64,000 bases of DNA from IMG/VR virus record IMGVR_UViG_3300028172_000069. The stretch is one strand, 5' to 3'. Below, one piece after another: positions 56,401 through 64,000 of this stretch. The stretch is from a virus. Its lineage: Duplodnaviria > Caudoviricetes. Within the stretch, counting starts at the first letter, position 1. Each line of letters opens with the position of its first letter. The notes beneath the pieces were generated by a model. That model made no database searches. It was not told the DNA's origin and saw nothing but the letters and a program-made list of their open reading frames with translations. A program made the translations under genes and the position numbers.

Positions 56401-59350
56401 TGATTTCCTGCAGGCGGTCAGCACCCCAACGGTTGAAGATCGCACCGTTGATCGGGATCATGTTCCACGTGTCACCAGCGAACTGGCGCATGTCGTCACA
56501 CCAGTTGAGGATCAGACCGTCTGGGCAGAGCACCAGTGGCTTGACCTTCTTGTTGATGGACTGCAGGTCCTTGATGATACAGGCCATGTCGCCCAAACCA
56601 ATCGAGGTCTTACCGCCACCAGGCGCAATGTCGAGCACAGCAAACTTCGGCGGCTCTTTCTTACGCAGGAAGCGGTGAGTGTCCAGCTGGTGTGGGAACA
56701 CGGAGAACTTTTCGGTCGAGCCAGCGAAGTGAATGTCTTCCACACCGACGCTAGTGTCGCGCTCAATCGACTTGATGCCTTCTTCGGCTTCTGCCTCGAT
56801 GGCCTCGTAGTTCTGCGCGTACTTGCCGAAGACAATAGCAATCGGCTTGACCTTGTCGAGGATGGTGCCCGAGTTAGGACGTAGCGCAGTGCGCTTGACC
56901 ATCTTCGGAGTTTGACCTTCCTCGGCAATGTTTTCTTCGGTCACCATCGACTTCTCACCAGAGGTGAGTTGCTCAACGGTCAGCGAGTTGATGCCGTCCA
57001 GAATCTGCTTGAGGACGTTACCACCGATGAAGTTGAACAGGCGAGCGAAGTGATGCGCGGGGCTACGATCTGGAACGAAGTAGTCTTCGTGATCCGCGAT
57101 CTGTTCGTTCGTGGTGAAGTAGTCCATGTCGGCACCACCACTCTCACGCACGTCGTTGTATACCCACGAACCAGACTTGCCACTACACGCGTCGGTGGTA
57201 CGAGAAATCAGCTCTTGGAGAAGCTCGATATCCTTGTCCTGATTGCGGCCAGCGCCCTTGATTTCACCCGCCTCGCTCAGCAGACCTTTGTAGATACGGT
57301 CTTGGCGACGTGGGGTTTCCTCGTCGAGCTTCTGAATGCCCAGGTCGTTGAACGCTCTGGTAATCAGTTCCTGCAGGCCCGGCACTTCGTTCTTGTACGC
57401 GTGGAAGAAGTACGTCAGGAAAATGTCGTGGAACAGGCTATCCTTGATGAAACGGCCTGGTTCACCCGAGCTGCCGTAGTAGAAGCTCGGAGGGTTTTCC
57501 ATACCCAGCGGATCGGCGTGGGTCATGAGAGCCAATGCGTCGGCGAACGACTTCTGCATCGGCGCTTCGCCTTCCTTGGCCATGTTGTAGCCGAGGTAGT
57601 CAGCGATGGTCAACGCATCAGGTTTCACTGCACCGATCTGCTGGCGGCAACGCACGATGCCAGGACGACCAGAAGCGTACACACGGAGACCGTAGTCCCA
57701 GTCGTAGCTCAGCAGGCTGTCTTCAAAGCCGATCAGCTTCTTCCAGTTCTCCTGCACTTCCTGATAGACGTTGTACGGGATACCGTAACGCGCCAACTTG
57801 TCGTACGGTTCGCTGAACAGGCTGGAGCTGATGCCGTACTGCGCAGCGATCTTGCCCACTTCGTTACCCAGGCGTTCGAACTCCTGGATGCCAGTAACCT
57901 TGGAGCGATCAGCGGCAGTCGGCAGGTAGGCCAGGGTACCATCAGGTGCAACGTACAGACCGTCTTCGTTCGCACGGGTCGACTCAACGGACATACCGCT
58001 GGCCTTACGAGCGTCGGTGACAGCAGCCATCTTCGACACTGGCAGGACGTAGCGCGGGATGTTGCGAATCTTCATCCGGCCGTCGGTCAGGGCGTTCTTG
58101 GCAGACGTGCCCTTCTTGCGCAGGTACTGGGAAGCCCAGATGCTGAACCAGTTGTCGAAGGTGGTGTAATTGAGCTGCTCCGACTTCTCGGTTTGCGTGA
58201 TGAACGCGGCAGTCGGCTTGTCGAAGGTAAAGGTGATAGTCGAACCCACCTTACGGTTGAGCAGCGACGCCTCTTCGGTGACGTTGTCCTGCACACGCTT
58301 CTTGAGCAGGGTCTCCGAGTTGAGCAACTCTTCTGGCGGGTTGGTTGCCAGCAGGTCGCTGTACTCTTTCGACAGTGCTTCACCAGCCATGCTCTCCGCA
58401 TGCAACACCAGAGTCAGGCGGCAGAAGCGCTCGGCGAAGGTCTTGCCATCGCTACCGAAGGTGATGTTGTCGAAGAAGTTGACACCCAGATCAACACCCA
58501 GTTCCTTCTCAAGGATGGACTGGAGTTCGGTGAAGTCAAAGTACAGCGGCAGGTTGACGCGCTGCGGCTCGAACGATGCGTACTCTGCACTGGCGCCGAA
58601 CAGGGTAGCCAAGATACCACGCGCGGCCTTGATGACAGCCAGCGAGGTGTTGGTGCTGTACGACTGGAGCTTGTTCGAGTCGTAGCCCATCTGGGTACGG
58701 TTCGATTCCAGGTAGTCGCCATAGCCCAGGTCCGAGCACATCAGGATGGAGTCGTGCGTCGAGCGCAGCAGGTTGACGTCCACACCGCCAGCGTACGTGG
58801 TCGAAGGAGTCACCGAGTGCTTGTTGCCAGCCATCATCGCGCCAATGAGCGAGTACATCGACGCGGTCAGTGGGCTGGAGCCGTCAGCTTCGGTCTGCAG
58901 GATTTCACGGAAGCGGATAGCGTCAGCCGCCATTTCCTGAATGCGTGCAGTCCACTGAGGCTTGTTGCTTTCCATGGCGAACAGCGTGCGGCCGTTCTCC
59001 AGCAGGCGACGCATGAACGTGAACAGGACGTTCAGGCTGTTGGTGACCTCGGAGAGTTCTTTGAACAACTCCAGGATCGACGCGCGGCTCTTCCGGAAGA
59101 AGAATGCGTTGAAAGCCGAGTACAGCTTCGGTTCGAGGCTGACTGGTTGCAGCGACTTGATAAGCTGCGTGGAACCGACGTTGGAAAGCGACACCATGTT
59201 CGCTTCAAAGTCGGAATCTGGGGTTGACGCCAGCACCTTGTACATCTCGGCCAGTTCACTACGGAACTCACCTTCTCTCGCTTCGGCCTGCTGGGCATTC
59301 GCGAGGTCAATCGCCGCAGAAATGCGGTTCAATTCAAATGTGGAACCCAT
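53408..59350 (-). CDS. Giant SNF2-like SF2 ATPase/helicase (about 1980 aa)
   Basis: Start reassigned to ATG 59350 (GAGG RBS); HQ Q-motif, LDIAPGGGKT, IIDESH, IATGT, KVIIFC, SEGHNLQ, QSASRIFR; long unassigned N-terminus. Confidence 0.8.
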   Translation of the reverse strand: MGSTFELNRISAAIDLANAQQAEAREGEFRSELAEMYKVLASTPDSDFEANMVSLSNVGSTQLIKSLQPVSLEPKLYSAFNAFFFRKSRASILELFKELSEVTNSLNVLFTFMRRLLENGRTLFAMESNKPQWTARIQEMAADAIRFREILQTEADGSSPLTASMYSLIGAMMAGNKHSVTPSTTYAGGVDVNLLRSTHDSILMCSDLGYGDYLESNRTQMGYDSNKLQSYSTNTSLAVIKAARGILATLFGASAEYASFEPQRVNLPLYFDFTELQSILEKELGVDLGVNFFDNITFGSDGKTFAERFCRLTLVLHAESMAGEALSKEYSDLLATNPPEELLNSETLLKKRVQDNVTEEASLLNRKVGSTITFTFDKPTAAFITQTEKSEQLNYTTFDNWFSIWASQYLRKKGTSAKNALTDGRMKIRNIPRYVLPVSKMAAVTDARKASGMSVESTRANEDGLYVAPDGTLAYLPTAADRSKVTGIQEFERLGNEVGKIAAQYGISSSLFSEPYDKLARYGIPYNVYQEVQENWKKLIGFEDSLLSYDWDYGLRVYASGRPGIVRCRQQIGAVKPDALTIADYLGYNMAKEGEAPMQKSFADALALMTHADPLGMENPPSFYYGSSGEPGRFIKDSLFHDIFLTYFFHAYKNEVPGLQELITRAFNDLGIQKLDEETPRRQDRIYKGLLSEAGEIKGAGRNQDKDIELLQELISRTTDACSGKSGSWVYNDVRESGGADMDYFTTNEQIADHEDYFVPDRSPAHHFARLFNFIGGNVLKQILDGINSLTVEQLTSGEKSMVTEENIAEEGQTPKMVKRTALRPNSGTILDKVKPIAIVFGKYAQNYEAIEAEAEEGIKSIERDTSVGVEDIHFAGSTEKFSVFPHQLDTHRFLRKKEPPKFAVLDIAPGGGKTSIGLGDMACIIKDLQSINKKVKPLVLCPDGLILNWCDDMRQFAGDTWNMIPINGAIFNRWGADRLQEIIATAPPNTICVAGFNFLRNNKMSVVIGNAVIDVGTNLEFIKAFKFNYVIIDESHKLKGQKTAKHKVVKQLTTASFIDYLRIATGTLIADRVTDIEGQVALYSPHIFRKGELAGSNLAEALEETLTLGDDSVQLWKVNTPQRARQRLSRYAAVVTKKKKEWAFMLPSPIEEFHAVKFHVDTDPADEQRKGELHRQLYDLVVDESVEELQKLVAAAKKRTRSADEDEDDDDDGDDGESSEDGERSQDMELGDEDELGMLDADLVKAYLQRIERLIIAPEQDPAFPKIFGAYGIKKYTSRKANVIAGIVKDHFNPPEWDPGVIYTEYQLVARKGDLYLARKQDQSSYRRALLPRDTMGKRPEDNNDIWKKEPPGKVIIFCRYTNSVNAVYDALPEKYKAMAVKFTGKEVDKWGNLNAFKSDPKVKILIANEMGMSEGHNLQIASRLIRVESPWGPGELDQSASRIFRPDPKGAAEGEIYREVVFLDWVLADNTMEVPKQARLIAKVFNKTRFDEAENPLYNDVLGKNALPEVSLSITNVLQERPSLHDFQKYVNSYAQLNGIMRAEFHEMRVTQPAEMLPVPQTPVIEGSAQIKTPFVSAQNIKDPNGWKPLPLSKLLRDPEGQPYVDNPQSLVGQPMITDMGNGMVVSVKVRYVGTAKEGVVNKDRPISSLQIKLKETGELVTFNDMGIVYAPTVISKKAIEQNFAVSLAYRKADIARAERAAKDQELLDQKEAAKEARRNKRETRQANVRVRSIDAGEKRSRNIKEGKPVNQGVKYDPGMKIPTTVRREDEETEDTPLKLAPAYYHGFLTLETDDLDYTKALKKFKFKEIGEYAFITVKRRDQANKVMDYIEDNFHLSDQTIDRLDAFFKTFAKGRRGLYQMELASQHELPHFFATRKQMVKDRKEVRIYPFFMEDKVMLVVDVATSPIIKKHIGKAIEGAATKWQLSPGALMYFPANKADLNAKVKELKAAGINIAEPDVLKAEIAEIKFRAAKKRN

Positions 59351-59357
59351 GATAACC

Positions 59358-59744
59358 TCACGCTTTATGCCCACGGGAGTCGAGGATGGCTTGCCAGTAC
59401 GGCGGCACTGGTTGCGTCTGCTCGCCTGCAATCACGATCAGCACCTGCACGATGGACAGCCGAGTGATCGGCTTGAACTGCGCGAAGTATTTGCTATCGT
59501 AGGCGATGAACAGGTCAGTAACCCGCTCTTTGTGCAGCTGGTCGTACACCTGCTTCTTGAACGCGGTGACTTCACCATCGCTCGGCAGATTGTCCTCGGA
59601 AGGCATGCGCTCGTACAGTAGGTCTTGCTGCGCCGTAGCCAGAGCCTTGCTCAGCGTGTCCACGATCTTGATTGCGTCTGCGCTCTTGGCGTCGGCCGCC
59701 AAGTCCGTCAGAGCTTTCTGGACTTTATCAAGTGCTTCGCTCAT
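59358..59744 (-). CDS. Hypothetical protein
   Basis: ATGA coupling with the upstream stop. Confidence 0.55.
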   Translation of the reverse strand: MSEALDKVQKALTDLAADAKSADAIKIVDTLSKALATAQQDLLYERMPSEDNLPSDGEVTAFKKQVYDQLHKERVTDLFIAYDSKYFAQFKPITRLSIVQVLIVIAGEQTQPVPPYWQAILDSRGHKA

Positions 59745-60424
59745 GCGAAAACTCCCATCATTGATTTTCGCCAAAGTCCTTTTAGAGCAACGTCTAGGCG
59801 TTGGTAAAGAGGCACAATGACACCAAACTTCGCTTCATACTTGATGATCAGGTCTTTCTCGGTGCGTGCCATGAGCACACGTAAGTCCGGCGACTCAAAG
59901 GCAATGAAGAAGTCGCGATCCTTCATCGTCTGGAGCTTAGGAAACTTGCGCTTGTCACCGTTGGGCATGGTAGCCATCAGTTGAATGGGCATGTCCTTGT
60001 ACAGCAAACCTTGGGTACGCTGAATCAGGTACTTCAGGTCGAAACGCTGCGGCCGTAAAACGACTGTACCCACAAACGTGGGTTCAAAAGCGGCGCAGAT
60101 GCTTGCAGCTTCCGACAGCAAGATAGACTGCTGATGGGAGCGCACGCGCATGTGGTCAAGAATGTTGGTCTTACGCAGGAAGCCACGCAACAAACCCGAT
60201 GGCTTACGCACGTCCACGAAGTCGGTGACCTTGTTCGCGAGCCGTGTTCGTGCACCTGCCTGGTTGATGAGGATTCGGAAGCACTCTGGAACAGCCTTGT
60301 CCGAGTTAGAGTACACTCGAAGTTGGGAGACTGCCTTCATGTTCAAGAATGCGTCCCAAACAGGACGATAATCCTCAGTTACGTCCTTTGGAAACTCGAC
60401 GTCTTTCACGATTTTTAGCTTCAT
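59741..60424 (-). CDS. Hypothetical protein
   Basis: Start inferred at MKLKIV; coherent reading frame. Confidence 0.55.
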   Translation of the reverse strand: MKLKIVKDVEFPKDVTEDYRPVWDAFLNMKAVSQLRVYSNSDKAVPECFRILINQAGARTRLANKVTDFVDVRKPSGLLRGFLRKTNILDHMRVRSHQQSILLSEAASICAAFEPTFVGTVVLRPQRFDLKYLIQRTQGLLYKDMPIQLMATMPNGDKRKFPKLQTMKDRDFFIAFESPDLRVLMARTEKDLIIKYEAKFGVIVPLYQRLDVALKGLWRKSMMGVFA

Positions 60425-60749
60425 GGAGGATGAGGTTCTTGGCAGCTTTGTGGCTTGGACGTGCAGCATGGCAGTACGGACACAAGGCTCTCAAGTTGTA
60501 GAAGGCAGTCTGACCGCCTTTCGACACCTCGATGATGTGGTCAACCTGCAACCCGTACTCGGACTCAGGCCGACTGCACTTCTGGCACTTGTGTCCGGCA
60601 CGCCGTTTCACTTCTGCGCAGATAGCGGCCCAGGTCCAACGATCACCATATGACTGCTCCTTGGTGCGACGTATCTTCGCCACGGTGCTTGCTTTCTTCG
60701 GCCCCGAGGTGATACGCGCTTTCGATTTGTGGACCTTAGGCCGCTTCAT
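60375..60749 (-). CDS. HNH endonuclease
   Basis: CQKC...VDHIIEVSKGG....NLRALCPYCH. Confidence 0.9.
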   Translation of the reverse strand: MKRPKVHKSKARITSGPKKASTVAKIRRTKEQSYGDRWTWAAICAEVKRRAGHKCQKCSRPESEYGLQVDHIIEVSKGGQTAFYNLRALCPYCHAARPSHKAAKNLILHEAKNRERRRVSKGRN

Positions 60750-61606
60750 GTGAGTACCGTCCGTACACGCTCAAGCATGGCTTGGTAGCCCAATTGAATC
60801 TTGTCTGACTCGTCTTTACAGAGTCCTTTGAGGCTGGCGATCAACTGCTCTTGCTGGTCACGGCTCTTAACTGTGGCCTTGATGTTGGTGTGCATCTGGT
60901 AGAACAGGTGAACGAACGATTGGCCGACGAGCGTCAGGAAGGAGCCGTATGCACGGTTCTCCAGTTCCAGAATCTGCTGGCTCACGTCTTTCGCACTACG
61001 GATGTCCGCAATCACCTCTCGCATCTGCGAATACAGCGTGCTGAGTGCGTACACGTCCCGACCGTTAGGGTTGTCCAGCATCTTGTCCTCAAAGAGGCCG
61101 ATGATGGTCTGCAGGTTCTCGAACATTTCACGGTACTGCGAGTCAAACTCATCCGTGTTCTTGTCGAGTGGAACCATTGCGAATTCTTTGTCCAGCTTCT
61201 CCTTGCGCTTCACCATCTTGGTGACTTGGCGCATGGTTGCGTCGCCATCGACAGCGCGGATTTTCTTCTCCCGTACCCGTTTCTTCTTGGGCTCCTTGGG
61301 AACAGCTTCACCGTCTGCCTTTTTCTTCTTGTGAGAACGCTTTGGCTTCTCCGCAATGGCGAGGTCAAGGTCATCCTCAGGCTTTTTCTTCTTGTGCGAA
61401 CGTTTCTTCTTCGGAGCTTCTTCGGCATCAGCAACGAGCTTGGCTACGCGCTCCTTCTTGGCATCAGCCGAGGTGCGTTTCTTCTTACCCGTCTTGGCGC
61501 CACGTCGAGCATCGTCTGGAACGTCGCGATTTACAAAGCGTCCACGTTCGTCCACGTCGCCAGAGACGTCAAATTTAGAGTCTTTCGATCTTTTTGGCAT
61601 ACGCAT
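60746..61606 (-). CDS. Lys-rich DNA-binding protein with helical C-domain (possible terminase small subunit)
   Basis: Repeated KRSHKKKK motifs; helical C-terminus; adjacent to HNH. The function call is weak. Confidence 0.45.
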   Translation of the reverse strand: MRMPKRSKDSKFDVSGDVDERGRFVNRDVPDDARRGAKTGKKKRTSADAKKERVAKLVADAEEAPKKKRSHKKKKPEDDLDLAIAEKPKRSHKKKKADGEAVPKEPKKKRVREKKIRAVDGDATMRQVTKMVKRKEKLDKEFAMVPLDKNTDEFDSQYREMFENLQTIIGLFEDKMLDNPNGRDVYALSTLYSQMREVIADIRSAKDVSQQILELENRAYGSFLTLVGQSFVHLFYQMHTNIKATVKSRDQQEQLIASLKGLCKDESDKIQLGYQAMLERVRTVLT

Positions 61607-61611
61607 GACCT

Positions 61612-61638
61612 AAAAAGGGGAACCCGGAGGCTCCCCTT
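61612..61638 (-). terminator. Rho-independent terminator
   Basis: AAGGGGAGCC-TCCG-GGTTCCCCTT-TTT on the minus strand. Confidence 0.8.
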
Positions 61639-61658
61639 GACCGCTAGGAAGCCACTGA

Positions 61659-62522
61659 TTAACGAACGTGGCTGGTGAAGCGAGCCCAGAACTTCTCGAA
61701 GTATTCCGGACGGCGAATGAACATCTTGCGGTAGTATTCGCGGATGCGCTCGATGCTCAGGCTACCAGCAGCCACGGCCTCGAACTCGGCAGTCTCGTCG
61801 GCTTCGATATCGGCAGCTTTGACGCAGGCAACGACCAAATTGCGGTCGATCTGCTCCATGTCGTTTTCACGGTCAACAACCAGCAGCACGCTGGCAGTCG
61901 ATTCTTCGGTCTCGTACACAGAGGCCAGAGCGAAGCCCATGGTGACGCGGCCGTCGTGGTTGACGTAGGTGATCAGGTCACCGCCTTCGACTTCGTTACG
62001 CGCGGTGCCGAGATTGGCAGTCGCCACGGAAGTTTCACGTTCCCAGGTGGTGGACGAGGCGACGCACTGCATCAGACCCTTCATGACTTCCAGATCATCG
62101 CCGGCGTGCGACTTGATCAGGATTTCGCCAGCGTCGGTCTTCTTCGCGCTCCAGAGACGCTCCTCGGAATCGAGGTACATGTTGGATGCGATGGACTCGA
62201 ACTGGTCACGGTTTTCGTCGGAGAGCACGATGCGCTCTTGCAGCAGACCAACAACACCTTCGATGGTCTTGGTGGTGCCGTCAGACGCTACGGTGACGAA
62301 GGTGCCTTCGATCGGAGACAGCTTGCCGTTCAGCTTGCGTACGGCGGCTGCGATATCGGTAGCACTGGCAGTAGCCAGAATGGTGCCGGTGATGCGAGCG
62401 AACTTGTTACCAGCGCAGGCAGTAGCGCGACGCAGGTTGAGTTCAGGGCCGCCTTTGCGGACAGTGCGAATTGCTGCGGTGACATTGTTGCGGGCGTGTT
62501 TATGTGCGGACATGGTGGACAT
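61659..62522 (-). CDS. Probable head/core protein
   Basis: 287 aa, Ala-rich; contains FESIAS and FEAVAA motifs matching the leader family; GGAG RBS. Confidence 0.5.
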   Translation of the reverse strand: MSTMSAHKHARNNVTAAIRTVRKGGPELNLRRATACAGNKFARITGTILATASATDIAAAVRKLNGKLSPIEGTFVTVASDGTTKTIEGVVGLLQERIVLSDENRDQFESIASNMYLDSEERLWSAKKTDAGEILIKSHAGDDLEVMKGLMQCVASSTTWERETSVATANLGTARNEVEGGDLITYVNHDGRVTMGFALASVYETEESTASVLLVVDRENDMEQIDRNLVVACVKAADIEADETAEFEAVAAGSLSIERIREYYRKMFIRRPEYFEKFWARFTSHVR

Positions 62523-62534
62523 TGGCTGTCTCCG

Positions 62535-62984
62535 TTAGTCGAGGGTGTAGACCGTTTTATTGGCCGAGTTTTTCGTTGCACGCAGCTTCTGCCGACGTGG
62601 CTTCACGCCAGCATCAGCGAGGCCAACGTGTACCCAGCTACCGAACTCTTGAATGACCTGATCGAATTCCAGATCAGAGTCGCGGATAGCCACGTACAAC
62701 TGCTCAACGGTCATGCCCGGCACGCGGATATCAGCGGCCAGAGCTTTCGAGTGGCTGGAGGTACTGACACCGCCAACCATACGATTCAGTGCATCACCGC
62801 GGTAACCCGAGGTGATATCAATGCGCTTCAACTGCATGGAATCGCGCAGCTTCTGCAGGAACTCTGCGAGGCGTTGGATGTTCGGCAGCAGCGCCTTGGG
62901 CACGGTGTTGTCGAGCCCATGTTGAGTAGCGGTATCCGAACGCTCGAACTCAGCGAGCTTGAAGTTGGGAGTGAGTTGCGACAT
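62535..62984 (-). CDS. Peptidase M15A (Zn D,D/L,D-peptidase), endolysin or virion cell-wall hydrolase
   Basis: LTPNFKLAEF, ITSGYR...N..VGG...S.H....AADI, WVHVG; start at ATG 62984 with AAGGAG RBS. Confidence 0.9.
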   Translation of the reverse strand: MSQLTPNFKLAEFERSDTATQHGLDNTVPKALLPNIQRLAEFLQKLRDSMQLKRIDITSGYRGDALNRMVGGVSTSSHSKALAADIRVPGMTVEQLYVAIRDSDLEFDQVIQEFGSWVHVGLADAGVKPRRQKLRATKNSANKTVYTLD

Positions 62985-63003
62985 TGGCTGTCTCTCCTTG
63001 AAA

Positions 63004-64000
63004 TTACGTGACATTGCGCAGCCACGACGTGTTGCGACCATAGCCGAACTTCGTGGTAGGTGCGTTGATAACAGACAGGCGACCCAGTTGGCGGCTGCCG
63101 TCGATGAACTGTCCACCTTGCGAACCATCACCAGAGTTGACGCCAGCGCGGGCGAGCAGCTTCTTGGCAGGCTTCACATGGTTGTCGAGGGCAGATTCGA
63201 TACGACCCAGAGCAGACTCAATCGCAGGCGTACGGTCCACGTTCAAGCTCACGGTCTGACCCGAGAAGTCGAACGCCATTGCACCTTCTGCTTGAAGCTG
63301 TGCGCCAAGCGCGTAGTAGGCGCTGCACTGCAACCAACCGTCGAAGATCAGGCCCTGCATGTTCGTGCCTGTGAAGGACGTCAATTGTGGCGGGAACGAG
63401 TTAAACAGGTTCAGGCCACGGGCGAGATACTCCAGCAGGTCGCTCTGCGTGTAGTCCAGCTCAGGGATCACGTTGCTCAGGCGCGCCTTGTTGATGTACT
63501 GCTCCAACGATGCGCAACCCACGAGAATCTGAGGTGTGATGACCCAGACCTTGAAGGTGTACATGGTCGGCGTGAACGCTTTGAGCGGCGTGTGTTCGAC
63601 AGTCAGCAGCAACGGCTCCAGCTTCGGCAGACCAGCAGCGTTCGGCAAGCGTACCATCGTGCGATTGGAGAAGCACTCCATCGCTACGCCAGCGTTATCC
63701 CAAGGCAGGTTGACCATGAGTGGCTGGTTGTTGCGGTACAGGCTGAAGGTGAGCATATCACCAGCGACTGCAGGTTGTGCTGGCGTACCCTTGCGTGGGT
63801 TTGCTTCGACCTTCTTCTTACCCTTGTTGAATGCGAACGGGAGCGCCACGTTCAAGCTGGAACCATCACCGTAGAGCACGACGATATCACCAGTGCGCTC
63901 TTCGGAATCGGGGCTGACCTGAATGCCATGAGTGATGCGGTACGACTCACCGTCGTTACCCTTCATGATCCAGACAGCTTTGAGCTCCACTACATCAGTG
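63004..64000 (-). CDS. Partial (5' end outside window) neck/head-completion-like structural protein
   Basis: Frame stays open to the window edge; YLARGLNLFN..PP and FDFSGQTVSLNVD patterns recall head-tail adaptor proteins. Confidence 0.45.
   Translation of the reverse strand, partial: TDVVELKAVWIMKGNDGESYRITHGIQVSPDSEERTGDIVVLYGDGSSLNVALPFAFNKGKKKVEANPRKGTPAQPAVAGDMLTFSLYRNNQPLMVNLPWDNAGVAMECFSNRTMVRLPNAAGLPKLEPLLLTVEHTPLKAFTPTMYTFKVWVITPQILVGCASLEQYINKARLSNVIPELDYTQSDLLEYLARGLNLFNSFPPQLTSFTGTNMQGLIFDGWLQCSAYYALGAQLQAEGAMAFDFSGQTVSLNVDRTPAIESALGRIESALDNHVKPAKKLLARAGVNSGDGSQGGQFIDGSRQLGRLSVINAPTTKFGYGRNTSWLRNVT

Noticed and set aside
53363-56884. Very long plus-strand ORFs (also 35817-40412, 9644-11929, 31935-34085, 40992-42917, 56912-59227, 13094-15067, 4418-6286)
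   Set aside because: They lie exactly antisense to well-supported minus-strand genes and have no recognisable motifs; they are shadow frames caused by codon bias.
49102-59350. Inteins or group I introns in polA, helicases or thyA
   Set aside because: Reading frames are continuous, with no C/S...HN splice motifs or LAGLIDADG blocks noticed.
60375-60749. HNH gene as a mobile homing endonuclease or defence toxin
   Set aside because: Short stand-alone HNH without an extra DNA-binding domain, translationally coupled to its neighbour; more like a packaging-associated HNH. No mobility evidence.
11963-61661. Recurring GTTAATC word at several gene boundaries
   Set aside because: In most cases the TAA is simply the stop codon of the upstream gene.
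1-64000. tRNA, rRNA, CRISPR, integrase or transposase genes
   Set aside because: None recognised; intergenic gaps are too short and are accounted for by terminators or promoter-like sites.

Overview
This 64 kb window comes from a large (jumbo-type) myophage genome, not a bacterial chromosome. Genes are densely packed and almost all on the minus strand, except a plus-strand island at 18709-22286 (regulator, thyA, three hypotheticals). From recollection the gene set and order resemble RSL1/PaBG/Lu11-like jumbo phages; this was not searched. Left to right: (i) a tail-fibre/baseplate module with four collagen-like fibres, a 1216-aa adhesin, Ig-repeat wedge protein, gp6-like, gp25-like and PAAR genes; (ii) the thyA island; (iii) a mixed cluster with an Acb1-like 2H phosphoesterase, a nucleoside-deoxyribosyltransferase-fold protein, prohead protease, a GT2-TPR glycosyltransferase, four very basic proteins sharing an N-terminal leader, and NAD-dependent ligase; (iv) an Ig-repeat tail protein and the tail sheath; (v) a replication operon (PolA with a UDG-like domain, beta-clamp-like protein, SF2 helicase, degenerate DnaC-like protein, J-domain protein); (vi) a ~2000-aa SNF2-like protein, HNH nuclease, M15 peptidase and a neck-like gene. 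No tRNA, rRNA, CRISPR array, intron or intein was recognised. The most interesting observations are: a shared N-terminal leader / F-E-x-V-A-A motif that may mark a capsid-targeting and processing system for basic internal proteins next to a protein glycosyltransferase; a ~118-nt rod-like hairpin that pairs the tail-sheath RBS and contains a candidate late promoter; two candidate phage promoter motifs; a mirror-image proline-rich stalk carrying a domain that recurs four times; and nested domain insertion in the adhesin. All product calls come from motif recognition by eye, with no database searches.
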